Shown here piece by piece: positions 40,071 through 48,976 of a DNA stretch of 64,000 bases. Numbering within the stretch: the first letter of the stretch is position 1; the number at the start of each line of letters is the position of its first letter. This stretch comes from Thermoplasmatota archaeon (lineage in GTDB: Archaea; Thermoplasmatota; Penumbrarchaeia; Penumbrarchaeales; Penumbrarchaeaceae): the NCBI GenBank assembly GCA_029762535.1, contig JARVGK010000008.1, positions 1 through 64,000 of the forward strand, in the 5' to 3' direction. The notes under the pieces are model-generated. The model saw only the letters and a program-made list of their open reading frames with translations, did no database searches and was not told the origin of the DNA. The translations under genes and the position numbers were made by a program.

Positions 40071-42748
40071 TCCATACGCTTACCGAGAAGGAGATGAAAC
40101 AGAGGGTAAAGGAGGAGGCCTCGAGGGACCCTGACCGCTTCTTCCCCACCGGGAAGATGAAGGAAATGGGGCTGATGAGAAGGACATGCCCTAAATGCGG
40201 GACCTTCTTCTGGAGCGCTGATGCGGAACGGACCCTCTGCGGTGAACCAGCATGCCTTGGGGGCTACTCCTTCATAGGAAGGAAGAGCTGCAAGCATAGA
40301 ATGGATTTCATCGGCGTCTGGAAGAGGTTCTCCGAACTGTTCTCCAGTAGGGGTTACACCCCCATCAAGAGATATCCATCTATCTCACGATGGAACTCGA
40401 CATCGGAGTTCACCCTGGCCTCGATCACCGACTTTCAGCCCTACGTCGTCCGCGGAGCGGTCAAACCACCGGCCAACCCCCTGGTGGTACCTCAGACATG
40501 CCTGAGGTTCAACGATGTGGACAACGTTGGAATAACGGGCAGGCACAACACGGGTTTCATAATGATAGGGCAGCATGCCTTCGAGCCGGAGCGGAGTTTC
40601 GATCAGGACAGGTATTTCGAAGATATCCATGCCTGGCTGGTTGAGGGCATGGGGATCCCTCTCACGGAGATCGTCTATCATGAGGACGCATGGGCAGGGG
40701 GTGGGAACTTCGGATGCTCCCTGGAGTTCTTCTCCGGGGGGCTCGAGATCGGGAACCAGGTCTATACTATGTACGAGCGGGATGGAGATTCCCTTAAAGG
40801 ACTTGATATTCGGGTACTTGACATGGGAATGGGGCAGGAGAGGCCAGCATGGTTCTCGCACGGCACCCCTACGTCCTACGAGCCCAACTTCCCGACCGTT
40901 ATGGAGAGGCTGTTCAAGATCGCCGGGATCGGTCCTGAAGGTGAGGAGAAGGAGCTGATGATGAGATTCCTGCCCTATTCCGGCCTCCTGAACCTTGAGG
41001 AAGTGGATGACATCGACAAAGTATGGGCTGATATAGCCGAAAGGATAGGAGCCGAAGAGGGGCTGCTGCGGCGCAGCGTTATGATCAACGCGGCCCTCTA
41101 TTCGATAGCGGACCATGCCAGAGGGCTTCTGTTCGCCCTTACGGACGGGGGGCTGCCATCGAACTCCGGCGGAGGATACAATCTCAGGCTCATCTACCGC
41201 AGGGCCATGAACTTCATAGAGAAGTACGGCTGGAACCTGGACATGGGCGATGTCTGCCACTGGCATGCGGAATACCTTAAACCCCAGTTCCCAGAGATGC
41301 TGGATTCCTTATCCGAGGTGCGTGAGATCATTGACCATGAGAGGGGGAAATTCCTCCAGACCAGAGAGAAAGCCAGGTCTACCGTCATAAAGCTCAAGGA
41401 AAAGGAGATGCGCGGGCAGAGGGTCTCAGTGGATGATCTTATAATGCTCTACGATTCGCAGGGTATTACCCCTGATCTTATGCTGGACTCGGGCCTCGAC
41501 GTATCGGTCCCGCCGGACTTCTACGCCAGGGTCTCGGCCCTGCACGAAGCAACGGAGCCATCGGCACGAACCGGGAAGGAGTTCCAATACGAACTTTCCA
41601 CCATACCCGAGACGAAGATACTTTATTACGACGACTACCTCATGGTCGAGTTCGAGAGCGAGGTCATGGCTGTGATCGAAGATAACGTGATATTGAAGGC
41701 TACCGCCTTCTACCCGACCTCGGGGGGGCAGCTCCATGACATCGGTTCCCTCCATGGGCCATCCGATCTCCGGGTAACGGAGGTCTTCAAGCAGGACAGG
41801 GTCATCCTCCACAAGGTCAGCGGAGATCTCTCAAAATGGAGCGCTGGCACAAAGGCCAGAGGGCATATAGATGAGGAGCGCAGGAGACAGCTTGCCCAGC
41901 ACCACACATCGACCCACATCATAAACGGAGTGGCCAAATCCATACTGGGAGGCCATATCTGGCAGGCCGGCGCTGAGAAGACCGAGGAGAAGGGCAGGCT
42001 CGACATCACCCATTACGAGTCTCTGAGCCCATCTCAGCTCGAGTCGATAGAGGAGAGGGCCAACGAGATAATTTCCTCATCCCTGCCAGTCAGATCGATG
42101 GTACTTGCCAAGGACGAGGCCGAGAGAAGGTTCGGATTTCGGCTTTATCAGGGTGGTGCCGTCCCCGGCGAGACGCTGAGGATCATCGACATCGACGGGC
42201 TGGATACTGAGGCTTGCGGCGGAACACACCTGAAGAACACGTCCGAAGCGGTTCGCATAATACTTCTCGGTACCAAGAAGATCCAGGACGGCATCGTCAG
42301 GATAGAATACGTGGCGGGCAAAAGAGCGAGGGATATATACGAGTCCGATCTGGACCATCTCCTTCGGGCCATGGCCGTGCTTTCGATAGATGATCCGCAC
42401 GACCTCGTTAGTGCCTGCGAGCGCGTCTTCAACCTCTGGAAAACGGCCAGAAAGCTACGCGCTAGGATCAGGTCAGCAAATCCCGATAGTGCGAATGGGG
42501 AGAAGGAAGATGCCCTTGTAATTCTGAGAGGGGATCCTGCCTACCCTTATCTTGAGTCCTATCGGAAATTGGGCCGGCCTACGGACATCGGAGGGGTCGA
42601 TCCCAACTCGGTGAAGAAAATAATGAGGCCGCACGAGTATGTGACCAGGGCCGCACAATCCTTCAAAGTGCAGAAAGAGCATCTGGGAAAGACCATCTTA
42701 AGGTTTCTATCAGAGACAGATTCGTTCGAGGAGGACATACAGAGGTGA
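40067..42748 (+). CDS. alaS: Alanyl-tRNA synthetase (archaeal type)
   Basis: CPKCGTFFWS, ASITDFQP, PPANPL, FYPTSGGQ, editing HTSTH and ACGGTH. Confidence 0.95.
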   Translation: MIHTLTEKEMKQRVKEEASRDPDRFFPTGKMKEMGLMRRTCPKCGTFFWSADAERTLCGEPACLGGYSFIGRKSCKHRMDFIGVWKRFSELFSSRGYTPIKRYPSISRWNSTSEFTLASITDFQPYVVRGAVKPPANPLVVPQTCLRFNDVDNVGITGRHNTGFIMIGQHAFEPERSFDQDRYFEDIHAWLVEGMGIPLTEIVYHEDAWAGGGNFGCSLEFFSGGLEIGNQVYTMYERDGDSLKGLDIRVLDMGMGQERPAWFSHGTPTSYEPNFPTVMERLFKIAGIGPEGEEKELMMRFLPYSGLLNLEEVDDIDKVWADIAERIGAEEGLLRRSVMINAALYSIADHARGLLFALTDGGLPSNSGGGYNLRLIYRRAMNFIEKYGWNLDMGDVCHWHAEYLKPQFPEMLDSLSEVREIIDHERGKFLQTREKARSTVIKLKEKEMRGQRVSVDDLIMLYDSQGITPDLMLDSGLDVSVPPDFYARVSALHEATEPSARTGKEFQYELSTIPETKILYYDDYLMVEFESEVMAVIEDNVILKATAFYPTSGGQLHDIGSLHGPSDLRVTEVFKQDRVILHKVSGDLSKWSAGTKARGHIDEERRRQLAQHHTSTHIINGVAKSILGGHIWQAGAEKTEEKGRLDITHYESLSPSQLESIEERANEIISSSLPVRSMVLAKDEAERRFGFRLYQGGAVPGETLRIIDIDGLDTEACGGTHLKNTSEAVRIILLGTKKIQDGIVRIEYVAGKRARDIYESDLDHLLRAMAVLSIDDPHDLVSACERVFNLWKTARKLRARIRSANPDSANGEKEDALVILRGDPAYPYLESYRKLGRPTDIGGVDPNSVKKIMRPHEYVTRAAQSFKVQKEHLGKTILRFLSETDSFEEDIQR

Positions 42749-42905
42749 TGAAGGGCTCAGGTTCATGATTTTTTTTCATAATGGCGGAACAAACGTTATA
42801 TTGAGAAAACTCCAATTCCATTTGGATGGTAGGACCCCCTTCAGACAGCACATGCCATATTGATGATATCATCGACCGATCCAGTAAATTCTCGGAGATG
42901 GTATC

Positions 42906-43271
42906 CTGAAGGGCACGGTGATGATCGTGGATGACGAGGATTTCATCCACCAGCTGTACAATGACATTCTGGAAATGCACGGTTACAAGGTGATCGCGAG
43001 CGCGTTCGATGGGGATGATGCGGTGGACATGTTCTTGGCCATGGAAGATAGGCCTGACATCATAATCATGGACCACCGCATGCCTCGAAAGGACGGTGTG
43101 GACGCCATGGTCGATATCAGGCTTGTGGACAGGAAGACACGTATAATTTTCGCCTCAGCTGATGGGACGGTCCGGGACAAGGCAATGGGGGCGGGAGCGG
43201 ATGGTTTCCTACTCAAGCCTTTCAAGATATCGGAGCTTTTGGGATCGCTCGACCCCGATGCGGACCGATGA
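42906..43271 (+). CDS. Single-domain response regulator (CheY-like receiver)
   Basis: IVDDE, PDIIIMD.RMP.KDG, SA, KPF; start is CTG 42906 or GTG 42918. Confidence 0.88.
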   Translation: MKGTVMIVDDEDFIHQLYNDILEMHGYKVIASAFDGDDAVDMFLAMEDRPDIIIMDHRMPRKDGVDAMVDIRLVDRKTRIIFASADGTVRDKAMGAGADGFLLKPFKISELLGSLDPDADR

Positions 43272-43316
43272 GTCCCACCATACGGTTTTATAGCAGGGCC
43301 CCCTCTACAGGTCTCC

Positions 43317-43640
43317 GGGCCGAGAGAAGGCGGATGGCCGACGGTGGCCCATGAGGCCGCTGGGGAAAGTCCTCCCTCGTCGGGATGCCCGGGCCGGGCG
43401 CAAGCCCGGGGCGCGAGAGCGTCGGCAATGGAGCAGAAACGACACCACCGCGTATAATGGGATGATGGGATATGTCCCGGACGTCTGCGCGGATAGGATG
43501 AAACGGCCAACCCCCCGGGGAGCAAGCCCAAATGTCCGATACGACCCCATCCCGGGATCGGAAGGTAGGGCGCTCAGATAGATGCCATCTACCCGCTTCC
43601 GCGGGAAAACAGAAGGAGGCTTATGTCCTTGACTCGACCC
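43317..43640 (+). ncRNA. rnpB: RNase P RNA (archaeal)
   Basis: GGGGAAAGTCCTCC (from 43362) pairs with AACAGAAGGAGGCTTA (P4); GAAACG elements; P1 ends pair; TATA TTTTATA at 43286-43292. Confidence 0.93.
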
Positions 43641-43734
43641 GCACTATCCCATCAGCGAACAGTTTAATTACATGCATCCTTTTCCAATGAAAAAACCCGA
43701 CAATGGGATCGGATCTTCGAAGTGGTGCTGTATC

Positions 43735-44196
43735 ATGGAACAGGACGATATCAATAAGGTCGCCCGGCAGATAGAGATGGGATTGGCCAGGATGGATTCC
43801 CTCAGGGGACAGATGGACTCATTGAAGGGACAGATGGAGGCTTTGAGAGCGGTCATAATCGACCATGGGTCATCGATGGACTCCCTGAAAGAGCTAAAGA
43901 CCGGGTCCTCTGACAGGTCCCTGATCGGGCTGGGATCCCAGGTCTTCATCAATGTCAGGATAGAGGATACGGACCATTGCATCCTGAGCGAAGGAGCTGG
44001 AATATACATCAAAAGGGATATCGACACCGCTATCTCTGCCATCGAGGATAGGAAGAAGGTCCTCGAGGACGTGATAGAGAGGCTAGGATCCCAGCTCAAC
44101 GAAATGGCCGAGGCCTACAACTCCCTCGCTGCACAGACACAGGAGCTTTACGGTCAGCAGATGCTGATGGCGCAAGGTACGCAAGGTAATTTCTGA
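43735..44196 (+). CDS. pfdA: Prefoldin alpha subunit
   Basis: Coiled coil-beta hairpins-coiled coil; LIGLGSQVF...GAGIYI; upstream of ftsY. Confidence 0.85.
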   Translation: MEQDDINKVARQIEMGLARMDSLRGQMDSLKGQMEALRAVIIDHGSSMDSLKELKTGSSDRSLIGLGSQVFINVRIEDTDHCILSEGAGIYIKRDIDTAISAIEDRKKVLEDVIERLGSQLNEMAEAYNSLAAQTQELYGQQMLMAQGTQGNF

Positions 44197-44211
44197 TCAT
44201 GGGGTGTGGAG

Positions 44212-45339
44212 ATGTTCTCGGCTCTCAAGGAGAAGCTCAGGTCCTTCAAGAAGAAGGCGAAGGACGACCTTGAACAGGAGAGGGCCGCAGGACCTGTTAA
44301 AGTTAATGAGCAGGATACCAGGGCCAGAAAGGAATCTAAGTTCCTGGGAAAGATCTTCTCAAAGAAAACCAAGAAGGATGGAATCGACCAGAACGCCGGT
44401 CCGGCCTCGGATGGACACATCGAGGTGAAGGAAGCAGGGGCCTTTGCCCTTCAAGGCCGTGATTCTCTCATAGAGGAAGGAGGGGGGATCTTCGCCAAGA
44501 AGATTACCCAGGACAAGCTTGAAGATATCATGTTCGATCTCGAGATGGCTCTGCTTGAATCCGATGTGGCCCAGGGTGTCGTCGAGAGGATCAAGAACTA
44601 CATCATAAAGGAGCTTGAGGGCGCTAAAGTGAAAAGGAGCAGCGAATTGGAAGATGTCATAGAGGGCGCCTTGAAAAAAGCGATCAGACAGGTTCTTGAC
44701 ATAAAGAGCATCGATCTCATCGACAGTATACGGGCCAGCGAGAAACCCTACGTTGTGATGTTCGTAGGTGTGAACGGAACGGGTAAGACCACCGCTATAG
44801 GCAGGATCGCTCATCGGCTGCAGAGAGAAGGCATCTCATGCGTTCTCGCTGCAGGGGATACGTTCAGGGCCGGGGCCATAGAACAGCTCACAAAGCATGC
44901 CGAGAACCTGGGGTTAAAGATCATAAAGCACTCGGCAGGCGCGGACCCGGCTGCCGTCGCATACGATGCGATAGAACATGCCAAGGCAAGGAAGAAGGAC
45001 GTGGTGCTTCTGGATACGGCCGGTAGGATGCAGACCAACATAAATCTCATGGACGAGATGAAGAAGATCAGAAGGATCGCAAGACCAAATCTCATCGTGT
45101 TCGTAGGCGACGCGCTTGCCGGCAACGACGCCGTGATCCAGGCCAGCGAGTTCGACAAGGCCGTCGGCGTCGACGGGGCCATTCTTACGAAGATCGACGC
45201 TGACGCCAAGGGCGGCGCAGCGCTGTCCATTGCTTACACGATCGGCAAGCCCATCCTGTACGTAGGGACCGGGCAGGGATACGAGGACCTCGAACCGTTC
45301 GATGCGAACTGGATGATCGAGAGGCTCTTCGAGGAGTAG
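44212..45339 (+). CDS. ftsY: SRP receptor FtsY
   Basis: GVNGTGKTT, DTFRAGA, DTAGR, TKIDADAKGG. Confidence 0.96.
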   Translation: MFSALKEKLRSFKKKAKDDLEQERAAGPVKVNEQDTRARKESKFLGKIFSKKTKKDGIDQNAGPASDGHIEVKEAGAFALQGRDSLIEEGGGIFAKKITQDKLEDIMFDLEMALLESDVAQGVVERIKNYIIKELEGAKVKRSSELEDVIEGALKKAIRQVLDIKSIDLIDSIRASEKPYVVMFVGVNGTGKTTAIGRIAHRLQREGISCVLAAGDTFRAGAIEQLTKHAENLGLKIIKHSAGADPAAVAYDAIEHAKARKKDVVLLDTAGRMQTNINLMDEMKKIRRIARPNLIVFVGDALAGNDAVIQASEFDKAVGVDGAILTKIDADAKGGAALSIAYTIGKPILYVGTGQGYEDLEPFDANWMIERLFEE

Positions 45340-45343
45340 CTGT

Positions 45344-45922
45344 ATGGTCTCCATTGCCGAAGGGCTCATGTCGGCCCTTGAGAACCTCCCATGGTGGGGG
45401 AAATACATCTCCACCATTCTCATATCCATGCTGCCTATCATCGAACTTCGCGGGGCCCTGCCCGCCGCAGTGAAGGTCTTCGGCCTTTCGTGGGGGGTCT
45501 CATACGTCCTTTCGGTCTTCGGGAACATGATCCCTGTCCCATTCCTTTTGAGGTTCTATCCACAGGTCGAAAGGTTCCTAAAGAGGTTCGGCTTCATGAG
45601 GACCTTCTTCGAATGGCTCAATGCGAGGACGATCCGTAAAGGAAAGCGAAAGGTCCAGCTCTGGGGGGAGATGGGGCTCATACTCTTCGTAGCGATCCCC
45701 CTCCCTGTGACAGGAGCATGGACCGGCACCCTTGCCGCATATCTTTTCGATCTAAACCGCCCGAAGGCCTTCATGGCGATCCTGGCGGGGGTCCTGATAG
45801 CCGGATTGATCATGATGGCCGTGACCTTTTTTCATATTGTGGTCGGGATCATCATAATCCTGTTCCTCGCCCTTGTATTGGTCCTCATCGGCTGGATGGA
45901 GAACAGGAACCCGGCGGAATAG
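45344..45922 (+). CDS. Small multidrug export-like membrane protein (COG2426)
   Basis: PIIELRGA, GNMIPVP, FVAIPLPVTGAWTG. Confidence 0.88.
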   Translation: MVSIAEGLMSALENLPWWGKYISTILISMLPIIELRGALPAAVKVFGLSWGVSYVLSVFGNMIPVPFLLRFYPQVERFLKRFGFMRTFFEWLNARTIRKGKRKVQLWGEMGLILFVAIPLPVTGAWTGTLAAYLFDLNRPKAFMAILAGVLIAGLIMMAVTFFHIVVGIIIILFLALVLVLIGWMENRNPAE

Positions 45923-46081
45923 TTTCGGAATGGACCACACCGAAGGTGTGGGATACAACGTCATAGCGGTTTCTGACGGCCACCCCTTCGGATATCCTTC
46001 TAATAATACCACTTTAATGGCGGTTATGCCCTTCATCCGTTTGGGAGGGCAACGAAAAAAAAATGAAACGGAGGAAAAGAG

Positions 46082-46705
46082 ATGTCGATAATGGCAGTTG
46101 GCGACGAAGAGTTGCTGGATTATGTGATAGAGAAGGACATGGAAGACGCGGTGTCGAGGATCATACTCGGATGCCTGAAATGCTTCGAAAGGGGGACCGG
46201 AAGGAAGCGTCTGAGCAGGGTCCTGAGAGGAAAGGACCCCGGATATCTGATAGACGGAAGGGAGGAGGTCACGCCCTTCTTCGGAAGGCTGTCCCAGCTG
46301 GACGAGGACCAGGTTCTCGACTTCATCGAATCCCTGACCAGACTGGGCCTCGTCCAGAGCACGCCCGGGGACCTACCCATGATAGAGATATCCGAAAGAG
46401 GGAGAAAAGCTCTCTTAATGAGGGATGCCATCCCGGCGATGATCCCATGGCCCCTCCCCGCAAGAACGATACCCCTCCCGCGTGATCAGGGAATATACAA
46501 ACAGCTCAAAGAAGTGAGGAACCGCATTGCAAGGGATCATGATCTGCCCCCTTATTGTGTGGCGAACAACGTCACTCTCGTTGAGATCGTGAACAGCGGT
46601 GCGAGGGATATCTCCGACCTCGAAGGGATCAAAGGGTTAGGGACGATGAGGTTGGAGCGGTTCGGCGATCGATTTATCGAGGCGATCTCATCGCTCAAGG
46701 AATGA
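46082..46705 (+). CDS. Stand-alone RQC + HRDC domain protein
   Basis: G...L..VLRG...FG.LS (RQC); LKEVRNRIA....PPYCV.NN.TL...IKGLG (HRDC). Confidence 0.82.
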   Translation: MSIMAVGDEELLDYVIEKDMEDAVSRIILGCLKCFERGTGRKRLSRVLRGKDPGYLIDGREEVTPFFGRLSQLDEDQVLDFIESLTRLGLVQSTPGDLPMIEISERGRKALLMRDAIPAMIPWPLPARTIPLPRDQGIYKQLKEVRNRIARDHDLPPYCVANNVTLVEIVNSGARDISDLEGIKGLGTMRLERFGDRFIEAISSLKE

Positions 46706-46878
46706 CCGCTGTTATCCCGCTGGAGGGTTGAGATTTCACATGTGTAAAAACCTATTATATACTGTGAAAAAACATATCAGCGAACGTTGGTTCCATCCAT
46801 AGAGTGGCGACGCTCATCTCATAGGGTTTCAGGTTGTTGCCACCGGGGGCGCAAGACATTGCGCCCCGAATTTCCTTT

Positions 46879-48063
46879 TCATGTTCCCAGCATGAGCCGG
46901 ATCAGATCCCTCATACCAGGTCCGAATCCGAGAACCAGTATCGCCAATTTGACGAGCGTTATCAGATAACGGTTGGATCTGGCGTCCTCCTCCATCGAAA
47001 CATCGATGAGATAGAGGGCTGGCAGTAGGAACACGAGCTTTAGTGGGAACATCACCAGGGCGGTCCCGGTCGCCTCCATGAGTATCGCTGGCAGGCGATG
47101 CTTCTCTACATATCCGAGATAGTCGACCCCAATGAAGGTGGCGGAGGCGTCGAGCATATGACCCACAACTATTGCCATGTTCACCGGTGAGACCATCATG
47201 CCTAGTTTGGGCCATTTTTTTGATGATAGCCGAAGGGAAACATACACAAGGAATGCGGCCAGCGCGACCAGTGCGACCGCGCCAAGGCCGTGGAGGAGAT
47301 AACCGGAGGAGGGCGACGAACCGGTGATCGCCGTATAATTGGACCTCCAGGTATCGTCCGTGAACCATAGCGTGTACGAGTAAATGACATGAAGAAGTGA
47401 AGTCCCCCAGGTCCACCCGAGAAGGGCCAGATAACCGCCCTTCCGGAATATAACGGGATACATCAGGGACATGGCCAAGGATATGCCAAGTATCGCGACT
47501 ATGGACACGTTAGCGTTCAAGGCTTCGGGGAAGGCCTTGACGACCAATGCCGTAATGAGGCCGGGGATCAGGACCAAAAGGGATGATGATGTCCTCCTTT
47601 CCCTGTCCTTAAGGTAGCTTATTCTGATGGATGTGTAGAGAAGACCAAAGGTGCTCAAACCCAGGAATATGTATATCAGAGGGGAAATAAAGACATATTG
47701 CAGAGGGGTGTTGAAGAGGTACATGTCCTCCAATACCCTCAGTGAAGGCCCGATCAAGATCGCTGGAGCCAGGGCGAAGAAGAAGGGATCGACGTTCACA
47801 TCCCATCTTTTCATGGCGCGTTGGATGAGGAAAACGGCCCATGCCAGTATCAATCCGTAGGATATCGTGTCAATCCAGTTGTAATCGGATGTGATCCCTC
47901 CCGCATCCCCTCCAGCATCGGCGACGATCGGACCCCAAAAATACTTCCAGATGAACTCTTCATAAAATATATGAGGTAACAGGATCGATAGCAATACTAT
48001 GATGGATATCAGAAGTACGGGTAACAACAATAGCGTTCTTTCCACTATCGGCCTTAACTGCAC
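46879..48063 (-). CDS. DUF63 family membrane protein
   Basis: FIWKYFWGP, YNW.DT..Y, HMLDASAT..G...GYVEKH, LG.GPG.RD. Confidence 0.82.
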   Translation of the reverse strand: MQLRPIVERTLLLLPVLLISIIVLLSILLPHIFYEEFIWKYFWGPIVADAGGDAGGITSDYNWIDTISYGLILAWAVFLIQRAMKRWDVNVDPFFFALAPAILIGPSLRVLEDMYLFNTPLQYVFISPLIYIFLGLSTFGLLYTSIRISYLKDRERRTSSSLLVLIPGLITALVVKAFPEALNANVSIVAILGISLAMSLMYPVIFRKGGYLALLGWTWGTSLLHVIYSYTLWFTDDTWRSNYTAITGSSPSSGYLLHGLGAVALVALAAFLVYVSLRLSSKKWPKLGMMVSPVNMAIVVGHMLDASATFIGVDYLGYVEKHRLPAILMEATGTALVMFPLKLVFLLPALYLIDVSMEEDARSNRYLITLVKLAILVLGFGPGMRDLIRLMLGT

Positions 48064-48212
48064 GTCGGGGGATGTTCATCATCGATATAACTATATACGT
48101 ATCCTCACGAGTTTTTCCCCGATACTAAACGCGATAGCTATATCTATTAGTTGTATCATTTTCGAATCGGTCCTGAACTGGACTCGATCACATGGTTTCG
48201 GCGGGTGTTGAT

Positions 48213-48929
48213 ATGTTCCAGAATACCATCAAGGGTATAGACAAGATTTTCCGAACGAACAACTATCAGAACATGATCATCATGGTCTCGGGCTATACCG
48301 GCACGCTGAAATCGACCTTCACGTATTCGCTCATATCCAAATATATCGAGAAGAACCCGGATGCGATAGGACTATATGCCACGATTGAGGAGCCAAAGGA
48401 ATCGCTCTTGAGGAACCTCAGATCGGTGGGTATCGACATCAATGAGAGGATATTCATCGCCGATTACAACAGGACCAGGGAGATGTACCGGGAGGAGGCG
48501 GAGAACACGGACTTCCTCGAGCTCACCGAGAAGCTTATCCTTTCGACGAAGGAGGAGAAAGGGGACGCGTTCTGCGTTTTCGCTCTCGACTCCCTCAACG
48601 CCCTCTACACCCTGACGAAGATGGACAACGAGCACCTCATAAGAAAGAGGATATACTACTTCTTCAAGCTGCTGAGGGACTCCAATCTGACCTCCTTCAT
48701 CCTTCACGAGCTGCCAAGGAACCAGCAGTTCAACTCAAGGGATAACGAGAACTTCCTCGCCGATGGCGTGATCGAGCTTGGTGTTAGAAGGACCCTCGAA
48801 GGTAAGAAACGCTACATCGAGGTCATCAAGATGAGACAGAACAACCATTCCATGAAACAGTACGTAATAGACCTCGATCATGAAGGGCTCTCCATACTGG
48901 GGCCCTCTGTCGATGATATGGGACTCTGA
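48213..48929 (+). CDS. KaiC/RAD55-like RecA-superfamily ATPase
   Basis: G.DK, SGYTGTLKS Walker A, EE, LDSLN, FLADGVIEL, KMR...H. Confidence 0.85.
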   Translation: MFQNTIKGIDKIFRTNNYQNMIIMVSGYTGTLKSTFTYSLISKYIEKNPDAIGLYATIEEPKESLLRNLRSVGIDINERIFIADYNRTREMYREEAENTDFLELTEKLILSTKEEKGDAFCVFALDSLNALYTLTKMDNEHLIRKRIYYFFKLLRDSNLTSFILHELPRNQQFNSRDNENFLADGVIELGVRRTLEGKKRYIEVIKMRQNNHSMKQYVIDLDHEGLSILGPSVDDMGL

Positions 48930-48976
48930 GGCCTTTTTCATCCCCATATGTTGGCTTAGGATGAGGGAAATTATTC

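Noticed and set aside
43305-43581. Short ORFs between the response regulator and pfdA
   Set aside because: They overlap the RNase P RNA gene
48213-48929. KaiC-like ATPase as a circadian clock component
   Set aside because: Single domain with no kaiA/kaiB nearby; such ATPases are common in archaea
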